Origin: Isurus oxyrinchus
Taxonomy: Eukaryota
Length of the DNA stretch: 64,000 nt
Assembly (NCBI GenBank): GCA_026770705.1
Contig: JANJGN010000009.1
Span: forward strand, 163,184,001-163,248,000
Reading direction: 5' to 3'
In this document: in pieces, positions 9,001 to 24,000 of the stretch
How positions within the stretch are numbered: the first letter of the stretch is position 1
Layout: every line of letters begins with the position of its first letter
Program-made: the position numbers and the translations under genes
Notes under the pieces: generated by a model
The model's database searches: none
Seen by the model: the letters and a program-made list of their open reading frames with translations, nothing else
Told to the model about the DNA's origin: nothing

Positions 9001-12000
9001 GACATGAGGAAGAACTTTTTTAAGCAGAGGGTAGTGGGTGTCTGGAATTCGCTGCCCAAGTTGGTGGTAGAGGCAGAAACTTTAAACTCTTTTTAAAAAG
9101 TACCTGGATCTGCACCTAAAGTGCTGTAAGCTGCTGGGCTATGGGCCGGGTGCAGGAAGGTGGGATTAGAAAGGGCACCTGGGTATCCTCGGGCTGGCAT
9201 GGACAAGATGTGCCGAATGGCCTCCTTCTGTGCTGTAACCTTTCTAAGATTCTATGGTTCTAATGTTATTGTTTATTTTGAGGGAAATTGAGTACAAAAG
9301 TAGGGAGGTTATGCTTCAGTTATACAGGGCGTTGGTGAGACCCACATTTGGAGTACTTTATACCGTATTGGTTTCCTTATTTGGGGAGGGATGTAAATGC
9401 GTTGGAAGCAGTTCACAGGTCTACTAGGCTAATAGCTGGAATGGACAGGTTGTCTTGAGAGGAAATGTTGGACAGGTTTGGATTGTATCCACTGGAATTT
9501 AGATGTGTAAGAGGCGACTTGATTGAAACATGAGGGGTATTGAAAGGGTGTCAATTCATTAAATCCTGAACGTCAGCGCATGTGCAGTTACTTCCAGCAG
9601 TGACATCGTTTAAATATGTATTTTATACTTGAACTGCTTTCTATTACGAGGGTGATGCCTCTTTGACCATTAACAGAAATCCTCTTATTTCAGCTTTCTT
9701 TCCTATTATTTTAACACTTCAGCTGAAGTTGACAAAATAGAAAAGGCTTGCATTTCTATCATGCTTTTCCCAACTAATGGACATCTCCAAGTGCTTTCCA
9801 GCCAATGAAGTACTTTTGAAGTGTATTCACTGTTGTAATGTAGGAAATGCAGCAGCCAATTTCTGCACAGCCAGCTCCCACAAACACTAATGCGACACTG
9901 GCCACATAACCTGCTTTTTTTATGCTGATTGAGGATATGTCCCAGGACACCAGGGATAATTCCTCTGCTCTGCTTTGAAGAGTACCCTGGGATCTCTTAC
10001 ATCCACTCGAACAGGATGATGGGGCCTGAGGGTTTAATGTCTCATCCAAAATATCGCAGCTATGATGGTGTAGGACTCGCTCAGTGCAGCCCTGTTTTGT
10101 CAGCTTTGATTTTAGCTGTTATAGTGGGTGAACCTTGTGAATCAGAGAGGAGAGTAGCACCAATTGAGCCACAACTTGTAGTTAAAGAGATCAATGCGTG
10201 ACAAAGTAAATGTAATGTTGGTCCTATTCCAGCCTGACTGGAGTGTTGTTTCATTACTGTCTGGGAATTATAATATTAAAGTTATTGTTGAGCTGGTGTT
10301 TAAATTTTGCTTCCAAATATAACTTTTGACCTTTTGGCTCTTGGTCATTAATATATTAATGTTTAGAATTATAGCAGAGCTGTTTTAATAAGCATTCCCA
10401 CAATGTACTCTGGTAACTGAATTGTTAAAATGGAAAGTGGAAAATTGACTTTTTAAAAATACTTTTGGTGTGAGGAAGCAAAGTACATTTACCATCCACT
10501 TTGACTGTGTGTGAAAATGCTTCAAACAAAGCAAGCAAGAGATGACTGGTTTAAAAGGAGGACGGGGGTGTGAGGGGAGGGCAGTGGGAGTCATGGAGAG
10601 GGAGATTGAGACTGGGCTGCTTGTGTTAATACCAGAATGATTTAGCCCCACAGTGTGGTTCCACCCAACAGTTCAGCCTTTTAGCCTTTTCCTGACAGCC
10701 GAGTTTGCTGGAATCTATGCCTTCCGTATGGATTCACAGGCACGGCAGCTACATGTGTAGCAAGGGCCCCCTCTGCAGTTGCAGCATCATAAACTCAGCC
10801 TTTTAGATATTGCCCTCCTGTACTGGAATCACAAGCAGTTTCTCTGAATATACCTGTATTACATCGAATCGCTGAATCAACTCACCCATGAGCTTTCCAA
10901 GCTCAAGGGAAGACAAACCGCATTTACACAATCAAGCTTCAGAATTTAACCCTTTAAACCCTGGAATCATTCTGGTGAATTTTTACTCTTCTCCTTCCAA
11001 AGGCAACATTCCTACCTGAGGCTTGATGTCCAAAGCTGGATACAGAATTCCAGAGCAGATCCCTCCGAGACTCTGTACAACTGAAATATCATTTCCGCAT
11101 TCTGGAATTTCAATCCCCTTAAAGTAAAAGCCAATGTTCCATGAAACTTTTAGATTATTTCCTGTACCTGGGCAGTGGCGTTTAGCGATGGGTGTATATG
11201 GACAAACTAGTCACTTTGCTCCTCTACAACATCTAGCCTCTCACCATTCTGATGTGTCCTTCACAGATTCAAAGTTGATGAACTCACCACTTCCCTACAT
11301 TGAGCTCCATCTGCCATAGATTTCTCCATTCATTTTGTCGATGTCCTTGTGTAACTTCCGGTTTCCATCCCAATTTACAATCTAAATCAGGAGGATGATC
11401 CTCTCTGTAATTTATTGCCTTTGCTGTGAAGATGATAATTCACTCCCGCGGCACCAGTTTTTTTATATTATTCATTCACGGGAAGTGGGCTTCGCTGGCT
11501 GGGCCCAGCATTTATTGCCCATCCCTTGTTGCCCTTGAGAAGGTGGTGGTGAGCTGTCTCCGTGCACTGCTGCAGTCCATATGGTGTAGGTACACCCACA
11601 GTGCTATTAGGAAGGGAGTTCCAGGATTTTGACCCAGCGACAGTGAAGGAACGGTGATATATTTCCAAGTCAGGATGGTGAGTGACTTGGAGAGGAACCT
11701 CCAGGTGGTGGTGTTCCCATCTATCTGCTGCCCTTGTCTTCTAGATGGTAGTGGTCATGGGTTTGAAATGTGCTGTTGAAGGAGCCTTGGTGAATACCAA
11801 CTGTGCATCTTGTAGATGGTACACAATGCTGCTACTGCACATCAGAGGTGCAGGGAGTAAGTATTTGTGGATGTGATGTCAATCAAGTGGGCTGCTTTGT
11901 CCTGGACTGTCAAGCTTCTTGTGGGAGCTGTACTCATCCAGGCAAGTGGGTAGAATTCCAACACACTCTTGATTTTTGCCTTGTAGATGGTGGACAGGCT

Positions 12001-14200
12001 TTGGGGAGTCAGGAGGTGGGTTACTCGTCAATTCCTACGGCAACTCCTACTCCTCAATTAGAAATGAAACACTTGTCATATGGAATTCTGCAACCGAGAT
12101 TGAGGCTGTTTGGCCAGGGAGTGCTTCACATAAACTCAGCTGACACCTCAACACCATACAGAGATCGTGCTCTGTTGCCAGATGAAATGTTATCTGAGAG
12201 TCGAAACGGTTTGTTCAGGTACCAAATGTGGCCATGACGCTACTTGAGGAACAGCAGAGGAATTGGCTCAGTGTCCTGGCTGAAACAGGTTATCTCGTCA
12301 TTTAGCTCCTTTGCTGTTTTTTCTGTGTCCATATTGTCTGTTATTTTTGCCAAAATAATAACAGTAACACTTCAAAACTAGCCTCTTGGGTGTAGCTTGA
12401 AATGTCTTAAAGACAAGAAAAGCATGAAACTATAGAAACCATCCTTGAAAACTAAAGTGAAACTTTCATTTAGCTGTGGACTTATCCTAGACTGATACTA
12501 CTGATCGCTTCTCGATCGATGCAGCTACAACAAGGATTAACAAGCCCAATGCCATCTAGAATCTTGACCTGGCAGATGGAGTTTAATGTGGGAAAATGTG
12601 GAATTGTCCATTTTGGCAGGAAGATTAAAAAAGAAGAAAATTATCTGAATGGTGAGAGATTGCAGAGCTCTGAGATGCAGAGGGAGCTGGGTGTTTTAGC
12701 GCATGAATTCTAAAAGGTTAGTATGCAGCGACAGCAAGTAATTAGGAAAGCTAATAGAATGTTTACAAGAATGTAGCCAGGGTTAGACAAGTGTAGCTAC
12801 AAGGAGAGATTGGATAGGTTGGGGTTGTTTTCCTTGGAACAAAGAAGGCTGAGAGGTGACTTGATTGAGGTGTACAAAATTATGAGGGGAACAGATAGAG
12901 TGGACAGGATAAAGTTGTTTCCCTTGGTGCAGAATTGTAGAAACAGGGGGCATAGGTTCAAGAGAAGTGGCAGAAGGTGTAGGGGGGATATGGGTAAGAA
13001 CTTTTTTATGCAGAGGGTAGTGGGTATCTTGAATTCGCAGCCCAAGTTGGTGGTAGAGGCAGAAACTCTAAACTCTATTAAAAATTACCTGGATCTGCAC
13101 CTAAAGTGATGTAAGCTGCTGGGCTATGGGCTGGGTGCAGGAAGGTGGGATTAGAAAGGACACCTGGGTGTCATCGGGCTGGCATGGACAAGGTGGGCGA
13201 ATGGCCTCCTTCTGTGCTGTAACCTTTCTAAGATTCTATGGTTCTAAAGTTATTGTTTATTTTGAGGGAAATTGAGTACAAAAGTAGGGAGGTTATGCTT
13301 CAGTTATACAGGGCGTTGGTGAGACCCACATTTGGAGTACTTTGTACCGTATTGGGTTCCTTATTTAAGGAAGGATGTAAATGCCTTGGAAGCAGTTCAC
13401 AGGTCTACTAGGCTAATACCTGGAATGGACAGGTTGTCTTATGAGGAAATGTTGGACAAGTTTGGCTTGTATCCACTGGAATTTAGAAGAGTAAGAGGCG
13501 ACTTGATTGAAACATGAGGGACATTGAAAGGGTGACAATTCATTAAATCCTGAACGCCAGTGCATGTGCAGTTACTTCCAGCAGTGACATCGTTTAAATA
13601 TGTATTTTATACTTGAACTGCTTTCTATTACGAGGGTGGTGCCTCTTTGACCATTAACAGAAATCCTCTTATTTCAGCATTCTTTCCTATCATTTTAACA
13701 CTTCAGCTGAAGTTGACAAAATAGAAAAGGATTGCATTTCTATCATGCTTTTCCCGACTAATGGACATCTCCAAGTGCTTTACAGCCAACAAAGTACTTT
13801 TGAAGTGTATTCACTGTTGTAATGTAGGAAATGCAGCAGCCAATTTCTGCACAGCCAGCTCCCACAAACACCAATGCGACACTGGCCACACAACCTGCTT
13901 TTTTTATGCCGATTGAGGATATGTCCCAGGACACCAGGGATAATTCCTCTGCTCTGCTTTGAAGAGTGCCCTGGGATCTCTTACATCCACTCGAACAGGA
14001 TGATGGGGCCTGAGGGTTTAATGTCTCATCCAGAATATGAGACCTATGACGGTGCAGCACTCGCTCAGTGCAGCCCTGGATTGTCAGTTTTGATCTTTGC
14101 CGTTATAGTGGGTGAACCTTGTGAATCAGAGAGGAGAGTAGCACCAATTGAGACACAACTTGTAGTTAAAGAGCTCAATGCATGACAAATTAAATATAAT

Positions 14201-15027
14201 TGTAAAAAAAACTGCACACAAGCCAGGAGAGAAACAATTTCGTTGCTCCCAATGTGGTCTCCTCTACATTGGAGAGACCAAACGTAAACTGGGCGACCGC
14301 TTTGCAGAACACTTGCGGTCTGTCCGCAAGAATGACCCAAACCTCCCTGTTGCTTGCCATTTTAACACTCCACCCTGCTCTCTTGCCCACATGTCTATCC
14401 TTGGCTTGCTGCATTGTTCCAGTGAAGCCCAACGCAAACTGGAGGAACAACACCTCATCTTCCGACTAGGCACCTTACAGCCTTCCGGTCTGAATATTGA
14501 ATTCAACAACTTTAGGTCTTGAACTCCCTCCTCCATCCCCACCCCCTTTCTGTTTCTTCCCCCTTCCTTTTCTTTTTTCCAAAAATTTATATAGATTTTT
14601 CTTTTCCCACCTATTTCCATTATTTTTAAATCTTTTGTGCCCCCCACTACCACTAGAGCTGTACCTTGAGTGCCCTATCATCCATTCTTAATTAGCACAT
14701 TTCTTTAGGTAATATCACCAACTTCAACACCTCTGTGTTCTTTTGTTCTTTTGTCTGTGAAATCTTTTGATTACCTGCTCCTATCACTGCATGCTTGTTC
14801 CTACAACCACACCACCCACCTCAACTTCTCTTCCCAACAAACCCCCCCCCCACCCCGCTCCCACCCCTACCCCCACCCCCTGCACCCTAAACCTGCTTAT
14901 ATTTCACCCCTCCCCTTGGATTCACCTAGTTCTGTTGAAGGGTCATGAGGACTTGAAACGTCAACTTTTTTCTTCTCCGCCGATGCTGCCAGACCTGCTG
15001 AGTTTTTCCAGGTAATTCAGTTTTTGT
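14201..15027 (+). mobile_element. 5'-truncated Penelope-like element (GIY-YIG C-terminus plus pseudo-LTR) in unit 4
   Basis: CSQCGLLYIGETKRKLGDRFAEH...LEEQHLIFRLGTLQPSGLN; hammerhead-like motif at 14929-14966; flanked by a duplicated AAA(G/T)TAAAT(G/A)TAAT. Confidence 0.92.
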
Positions 15028-18000
15028 AAAGTAAATATAATTTGGGTCCTATTCCAGCCTGACTGGAGTGTTGTTTCATTACTGTCTGGGAATCACAATA
15101 TTAAAGTTATTGTTGAGCTGGTGTCTAAATTTTGCTTCCAAGTATAACTTTTGACCTTTGGCGCTTCGTCATTAATATATTAATGTTTAGAATTAGAGCA
15201 GAGCTGTTTTAATAAGCATTCCCACAATGTACTCTGGTAACTGAATTGTTAAAATGGAAAGTTTCTAGCATTGACTTTTTAAAAATACTTTTGGTGTGAG
15301 GAAGCAAAGTACATTTACCATCCACTTTGACTGTGTGTGAAAATGCTCCAAACAAAGCAAGCAAGAGATGACTGGTGTAAAAGGAGGACAGGGGGTGTGA
15401 GGGGAGGGCAGTGGGAGTCATGGAGAGGGAGATTGAGACTGGGTTGCTTGTGTTAATACCAAAATGATAGAGCCCCACAATGTGGTTCCACCCAACATTT
15501 CAGCCTTTTAGCCTTTTCCTGACAGCCGAGTTTGCTGGAATCTATGCCTTCCGTATGGATTCACAGGCACGGCAGCTACATGTGTAGCAAGGGCCCCCTC
15601 TGCAGTTGCAGCATCATAAACTCAGCCTTTTAGATATTGCCCTCCTGTACTGGAATCACAAGCAGTTTCTCTGCATCTGCCTGTATTACATCGAATCCCT
15701 GAATAATTTTAAATAGCTCAGTCAACTCACCCATGAACCTTCCAAGATCAAGGGAATACAAGCCACATTTAAACAATCAAGCTTCAGAATTTAACCCTTT
15801 AAACCCTGGAATCATTCTGGTGAATTGACACTCTTCTCCTTCCAAAGGCAACATTCCTACCTGAGGCTTGATGTCCAAAGCTGGATACAGAATTCCAGAG
15901 CAGATCCCTCCGAGACTCTGTACAACTGAAATATCATTTCCGCATTCTGGAATTTCAATCCCCTTAAAGTAAAAGCCAATGTTCCATGAACCTTTTAGAT
16001 TATTTCCTGTACCTGGGCAGTGGCATTGAGCGATGGGTGTATACGGACAAACTAGTCACTTTGCTCCTCCACAACATCTAGCCTCTCACCAGTAAGAAAT
16101 CATTCTGACTTGACCTTCTCAAAGTTGATGAACTCACCACTTCCCTACATTGAGCTCCATCTGCCATAGATTTGTCCATTCATTTTGTCTATGTCCTTGT
16201 GTAACTTCTGGTTTCCATCCAAATTTACAATCTAGATCAGGAGGATGATCCTCTCTGTAATGTTATTGCCTTTGCTGTGAAGATGATAATTCACTCAAGT
16301 GCCACCAGTTTTTTTTATTATTCATTCACGGGATGTGGGCTTCGTTGGCTGGACCATCATTTTATTGCCCATCCCTAGCTACCCTTGAGAAGGTGGTGGT
16401 GAGCTGCCTTCTTGAACCGCTGCAGTCCATGTGGTGTAGGTACATCCACAGTGCTGTTAGGAATGGAGTTCCAGGATTTTGACCCAGTGACAGTGAAGGA
16501 AAAGCGATATATTTCCAAGTCAGGATGGTGAGTGACTTGGAGGGGAACATTCAGGTGGTGGTGTTCCCACCTATCTGCTGCCCATGCCCTTTTAGATGGT
16601 AGTGGTAGTGGATTTGAAAGGTGCTGTTGAAGGAGCCTTGGTGAATTCCTGCAGTGCATCTTGTAGATGGTACATGCTGCTGCTACTGTGCGTCGGAAGT
16701 GGAGGGAGTTAATATTTGTGGATGTGATGCCAGTCAAGTGGGCTGCTTTGTCCTGGACTGTCAAGCTTCTTGTGGGAGCTGCACTGATCCAGGCAAGTGG
16801 GGAGTATTCCATCACACTCTTGATTTTTACCTTGTAGATGGTGGACAGGCTTTGGGGAGTCAGGAGGTGGGTTACTCGTCAATTCCTACAGCAACTCCTA
16901 CTCCTCAATTAGAAATGAAACACTTGTCATATGGAATTCTGCAACTGAGATTGAGGCTGTTTGGCCAGGGAGTGCTTCACATAAACTCAGCTGACACCTC
17001 AACACCATACAGAGATCGTGCTCTATTGCCAGATGAAATGTTATCTGAGAGTCCAAACTGTTTGTTCAGGTACCAAATGTGGCCATGACGCTACTTGAGG
17101 AACAGCAGAGGAATTGGCTCAGTGTCCTGGCTGAAACAGGTTATCTCGTCATTTAGCTCCTTTGCTGTTTTTTCTGTGTCCATATTGTCTGTCATTTTTG
17201 CCAAAATAATAACAATAACACTTCAAAACTAACCTCTTGGGTGGAGCTTGAAATGTCTTTAAGCCAAGAAAAGCGTGAAACTATAGAAACCTTCCTTGAA
17301 GCCTAAAGTGAAACTTTCATTTAGCTGTGGACTTATCCTAGACTGATACTACTGATCGCTTCTCGATCGATGCAGCTACAACAAGGATTAACTAACCCAA
17401 TGCCATCTAGAATCTTGACCTGGCAAATGGAGTTTAATGTGGGAAAATGTGGAATTGTCCATTTTGGCAGGAAGAATAAAAAAGAAGAAAATGATCTGAA
17501 TGGTGAGAGATTACAGAGCTCTGAGATGCAGAGGGAGCTGGGTGTTTTAGCGCATGAATTCTGAAAGGTTAGTATGCAGCGACAGCAAGTAATTAGAAAA
17601 GTTAATAGAATGTTTACAAGAATGTAGCCAGGGTTAGAAAAGTGTAGCTACAAGGAGAGATTGGATAGGTTGGGGTTATTTTCCTTAGAACAAAGAAAGC
17701 TGAGAGGTGATTTGATTGACAAAATTATGATGGGAATAGATTGAGTGGACAGGATAAAGTTGTTTCCTTGGTGGAGAATTCTAGAACCAGGAGACATAGA
17801 TTCAAGATAAGTGGCAGAAGCTGGAGGGGGGACAGGAGGAGCAACTTTTTTACGCAGAGAGTTGTGGGTGTCTGGAATTCGCTGCCCAAGTTGGTGGTAG
17901 AGGCAGAAACTCTAAACTCTTTTAAAAAACACCTGGATCTGCACCTAAAGTGCTGTAAACTGCAGGGCTATGGGCCGGTTGCAGGAAGGTGGGATTAGAA

Positions 18001-21000
18001 AAGGCAACTGGGTGTCCTCCGCCTGTCATGGACAAGATGTGCCGAATGGCCTCCTTCTGTGCTGTAACCTTTCTAAGGTTCTATGGTTCTGATGATTTTC
18101 TTTATTTTGAGGGAATTGAGTACAGGGAGGTTATGCTTCAGTTATACAGGCCGTTGGTGAGACCCACATTTGGAGTACATTGTACCGTATTGGTTTCCTT
18201 ATTTAAGGAAGGATGTAAATGCATTGGAAGCAATTCACTGGTCAACTAGGCTAATACCTGGAATGGACAGGTTGTCTTATGAGGAAATGTTGGAGAGGTT
18301 TGGCTTGTATCCACTGGAATTTAGAAGAGTAAGAGGCAACTTGATTGAAACATGAGGGATATTGAAAGGGTGTCAATTCATTAAATCCCGAACGCCAGCG
18401 CATGTGCAGTTTCTTCCAGCAGTGACAACGTTTAAATATGTATTTTATACTTGAACTGCTTTCTATTACGAGGGTGGTGCCTCTTTGACCATTAACAGAA
18501 ATCCTCTTATTTCAGCTTTCTTTCCTATCATTTTAACACTTCAGCTGAAGTTGACAAAATAGAAAAGGCTTGCATTTCTATGGTGCTTTTCCTGACTAAT
18601 GGACATCTGCAAGTGCTTTCCAGCCAATGAAGTACTTTTGAAGTGTATTCACTGTTGTAATGTAGAAAATGCAGCAGCCAATTTCTGCACAGCCAGCTCC
18701 CACAAACACCAATGTGACACTGGCCACATAACCTGCTTTTTTTATGCCAATTGAAGATATGTCCCAGGACACCAGGGATAATTCCTCTGCTCTGCTTTGA
18801 AGAGTACCCTGGGATCTCTTACATCCACTCGAACAGGATGATGGGGCCTGAGGGTTTAATGTCTCATCCAGAATATGGCACCTATGACGGTGTAGCACTC
18901 GCTCAGTGCAGCTCTGGATTGTCAGCTTTGATTTTTGCTGTTATAGTGGGCGAACATTGTGAATCAGAGAGGAGAGTAGCACCAATTGAGCCACAACTTG
19001 TAGTTAAAGAGATCAATGCGTGACAAAGTAAATGTAATGTTGGTCCTATTCCAGCCTGACTGGAGTGTTGTTTCATTACTGTCTGGGAATTATAATATTA
19101 AAGTTATTGTTGAGCTGGTGTCTAAATTTTGCTTCCAAATATAACTTTTGACCTTTTGACTCATGGTCATTAATCTATTAATGTTTAGAATTATAGCAGC
19201 GCTGTTTTAATAAGCATTCCCACAATGTACTCTGGTAATTGAATTGTTAAAATGGAAAGTTTCTTGCATTGATTTTTTAAAAATATTTTTGGTGTGAGGA
19301 AGCAAAGTACATTTACCATCCACTTTGACTGTGTGTGAAAATGCTCCAAACAAAGCAAGCAAGAGATGACTGGTGTAAAAGGAGGACAGGGGGTGTGAGG
19401 AGAGGGCAGTGGGAGTCATGGAGAGGGAGATTGAGACTGGGCTGCTTGTGTTAATACCAAAATGATTTAGCCCCACAGTGTGGTTCCACCCAACATTTCA
19501 GCCTTTTAGCCTTTTCCTGACAGCCGAGTTTGCTGGAATCTATGCCTTCCGTATGGATTCACAGGCACGGCAGCTACATGTGTAGCAAGGGCCCCCTCTG
19601 CAGTTGCAGCATCATAAACTCAGCCTTTTAGATATTGCCCTCCTGTACTGGAATCACAAGCAGTTTCTCTGCATCTGCCTGTATTACATCGAATCGCTGA
19701 ATAATTTTAAGTAGCTCAGTCAACTCACCCATGAACTTTCCAAGATCAAGGGAATACAAGCCACGTTTACGCAATCAAGCTTCAGAATTTAACCCTTTAA
19801 ACCCTGGAATCATGCTGGTGAATTGACACTCTTCTCCTTCCAAAGGCAACATTCCTGCCTGAGGCTCGATGTCCAAAGCTGGATACAGAATTCCAGAGCA
19901 GATCCCTCCGAGACTGTACAACTGAAATATCATTTCCGCATTCTGGAATTTCAATCCCCTTAAAGTAAAAGCCAATGTTCCATGAACCTTTTAGATTATT
20001 TCCTGTACCTGGGCAGTGGCATTGAACGATGGGTGTATATGGACAAACTAGTCACTTTGCTCCTCCACAACATCTAGCCTCTACCAGTAAGAAATCATTC
20101 TGACTTGTCCTTCTCAAAGTTGATGAACTCACCACTTCCCTACATTGAACTCCATCTGCCATAGATTTGTCCATTCATTTTGCCTATTTCTTTGTGTAAC
20201 TTCCGGTTTCCATCCAAATTTACAATCTAGATCAGGAGGATGATCCTCTCTGTAATGTTATTGCCTTTGCTGTGAAGATGATAATTCACTCCAGCGGCAC
20301 CAGTTTTTTTTATTATTCATTCACGGGATGTGGGCTTCGTTGGCTGGGCCATCATTTTATTGCCCATCCCTAGCTACCCTTGAGAAGGTGGTGGTGAGCT
20401 GCCTTCTTGAACCGCTGCAGTCCATGTGGTGTAGGTACATCCACAGTGCTGTTAGGAATGGAGTTCCAGGATTTTGACCCAGTGACAGTGAAGGAAAAGC
20501 GATATATTTCCAAGTCAGGATGGTGAGTGACTTGGAGGGGAACTTCCTGGTGGTGGTGTTCCCACCTATCTGCTGCCCATGCCTTTTTAGATGGTAGTGG
20601 TAGTGGATTTGAAAGGTGCTGTTGAAGGAGCCTTGGTGAATTCCTGCAGTGCATCTTGTAGATGGTACATGCTGCTGCTACTGTGCGTCGGAAGTGGAGA
20701 GAGTGAATATTTGTGGATGTGATGCCAATCAAGTGGGCTGCTTTGTCCTAGACTGTCAAGCTTCTCGTGTGAGCTGCACTGATCCAGGCAAGTGGGGAGT
20801 ATTCCATCACACTCTTGATTTTTGCCTTGTAGATGGTGGACAGGCTTTGGGGAGTCAGGAGGTGGGTTACTCGTCAATTCCTACAGCAACTCCTACTCCT
20901 CAATTAGAAATGAAACACTTGTCATATGGAATTCTGCAACTGAGATTGAGGCTGTTTGGCCAGGGAGTGCTTCACATAAACTCAGCTGACACCTCAACAC

Positions 21001-24000
21001 CATACAGAGATCGTGCTCTATTGCCAGATGAAATGTTATCTGAGAGTCCAAACTGTTTGTTCAGGTACCAAATGTGGCCATGACGCTACTTGAGGAACAG
21101 CAGAGGAATTGGCTCAGTGTCCTGGCTGAAACAGGTTATCTCGTCATTTAGCTCCTTTGCTGTTTTTTCTGTGTCCATATTGTCTGTCATTTTTGCCAAA
21201 ATAATAACAATAACACTTCAAAACTAGCCTCTTGGGTGGAGCTTGAAATGTCTTTAAGCCAAGAAAAGCATGAAACTATAGAAACATTCCTTGAAGCCTT
21301 AAGTGAAACTTTCATTTAGCTGTGGACTTATCCTAGACTGAAACTACTGATCGCTTCTCGATCGATGCAGCTACAACAAGGATTAACTAACCCAATGCCA
21401 TCTAGAATCTTGACCTGGCAGATGGAGTTTAATGTGGGAAAATGTGGAATTGTCCATTTTGGCAGGAAGAATAAAAAAGAAGAAAATGATCTAAATGGTG
21501 AGAGATTACAGAGCTCTGAGATGCAGAGGGAGCTGGGTGTTTTAGCGCATGAATTCTGAAAGGTTAGTATGCAGCGACAGCAAGTAATTAGAAAAGCTAA
21601 TAGAATGTTTACAAGAATGTAGCCAGGGTTAGAAAAGTGTAGCTATGAGGAGAGATTGGATAGGTTGGGGTTATTTTCCTTAGAACAAAGAAAGCTGAGA
21701 GGTGATTTGATTGACAAAATTATGATGGGAATAGATAGAGTGGACGGGATAAAGTTGTTTCCCTTGGTGGAGAATTCTAGAACCAGGAGACATAGATTCA
21801 AGATAAGTGGCAGAAGCTGTAGGGGGGACAGGAGGAGCAACTTTTTTACGCAGAGAGTGTGGGTGTCTGGAATTCGCTGCCCAAGTTGGTGGTAGAGGCA
21901 GAAACTCTGAACTCTTTTAAAAAGTACCTGGATCTGCCCCTAAAGTGCTGTAAGCTGCAGGGCTATGGGCCGGGTGCAGGAAGGTGGGATTAGAAAAGGC
22001 AACTGGGTGTCCTCGGGCTGTCATGGACAAGATGTGCCGAATGACCTCCTTCGGTGCTGTAACCTTTCTAAGGTTCTATGGTTCTGATGATTTTCTTTAT
22101 TTTGAGGGAATTGAGTACAGGGAGGTTATGCTTCAGTTATACAGGCCGTTGGTGAGACCCACATTTGGAGTACATTGTACCGTATTGGTTTCCTTATTTG
22201 GGGAAGGATGTAAATGCGTTGGAAGCAATTCACTGGTCAACTAGGCTAATACCTGGAATGGACAGGTTGTCTTATGATGAAATGTTGGACAGGTTTGGTT
22301 TGTATCCACTGGAATTTAGAAGAGTAAGAGGCGACTTGATTGAAACATGAGGGATATTGAAAGGATGTCAATTTATTAAATCCCGAACGCCAGCGCATGT
22401 GCAGTTACTTCCAGCAGTGACAACGTTTAAATATGTATTTTATACTTGAACTGCTTTCTATTACGAGGGTGGTGCCTCTTTGACCATTAACAGAAATCCT
22501 CTTATTTCAGCTTTCTTTCCTATCATTTTAACACTTCAGCTGAAGTTGACAAAATAGAAAAGGCTTGCATTTCTATTGTGCTTTTCCTGACTAATGGACA
22601 TCTGCAAGTGCTTTCCAGCCAATGAAGTACTTTTGAAGTGTATTCACTGTTGTAACGTAGGAAATGCAGCAGCCAATTTCTGCACAGCCAGCTCCCACAA
22701 ACACCAATGTGACACTGGTTACATAACCTGCTTTTTTTATGCCGATTGAGGATATGTCCCAGGACACCAGGGATAATTCCTCTGCTCTGCTTTGAAGAGT
22801 GCCCTGGGATCTCTTACATCCACTCGAACAGGATGATGGGGCCTGAGGGTTTAATGTCTCATCCAGAATATGGCACCTATGACGGTGTTGCACTCACTCA
22901 GTGCAGCCCTGGATTGTCAGCTTTGATTTTTGCCGTTATAGTGGGTGAACATTGTGAATCAGAGAGGAGAGTAGCACCAATTGAGCCACAACTTGTAGTT
23001 AAAGAGATCAATGCGTGACAAAGTAAATGTAATGTTGGTCCTATTCCAGCCTGACTGGAGTGTTGTTTCATTACTGTCTGGGAATTATAATATTAAAGTT
23101 ATTGTTGAGCTGGTGTCTAAATTTTGCTTCCAAATATAACTTTTGACCTTTTGGCTCTTGGTCATTAATCTATTAATGTTTAGAATTATAGCAGCGCTGT
23201 TTTAATAAGCATTCCCACAATGTACTCTGGTAACTGAATTGTTAAAATGGAAAGTTTCTTGCATTGATTTTTTAAAAATATTTTTGGTGTGAGGAAGCAA
23301 AGTACATTTACCATCCACTTTGACTGTGTGTGAAAATGCTCCAAACAAAGCAAGCAAGAGATGACTGGTGTAAAAGGAGGACAGGGGGTGTGAGGAGAGG
23401 GCAGTGGGAGTCATGGAGAGGGAGATTGAGACTGGGCTGCTTGTGTTAATACCAGAATGATTTAGCCCCACAGTGTGGTTCCACCCAACATTTCAGCCTT
23501 TTAGCTTTTTCCTGACAGCCGAGTTTGCTGGAATCTATGCCTTCCGTATGGATTCACAGGCACGGCAGCTACATGTGTAGCAAGGGCCCCCTCTGCAGTT
23601 GCAGCATCATAAACTCAGCCTTTTAGATATTGCCCTCCTGTACTGGAATCACAAGCAGTTTCTCTGCATCTGCCTGTATTACATCGAATCGCTGAATAAT
23701 TTTAAATAGCTCAGTCAACTCACCCATGAACTTTCCAAGATCAAGGGAATACAAGCCACGTTTACGCAATCAAGCTTCAGAATTTAACCCTTTAAACCCT
23801 GGAATCATGCTGGTGAATTGACACTCTTCTCCTTCCAAAGGCAACATTCCTACCTGAGGCTCGATGTCCAAAGCTAGATACAGAATTCCAGAGCAGATCC
23901 CTCCGAGACTGTACAACTGAAATATCATTTCCGCATTCTGGAATTTCAATCCCCTTAAAGTAAAAGCCAATGTTCCATGAACCTTTTAGATTATTTCCTG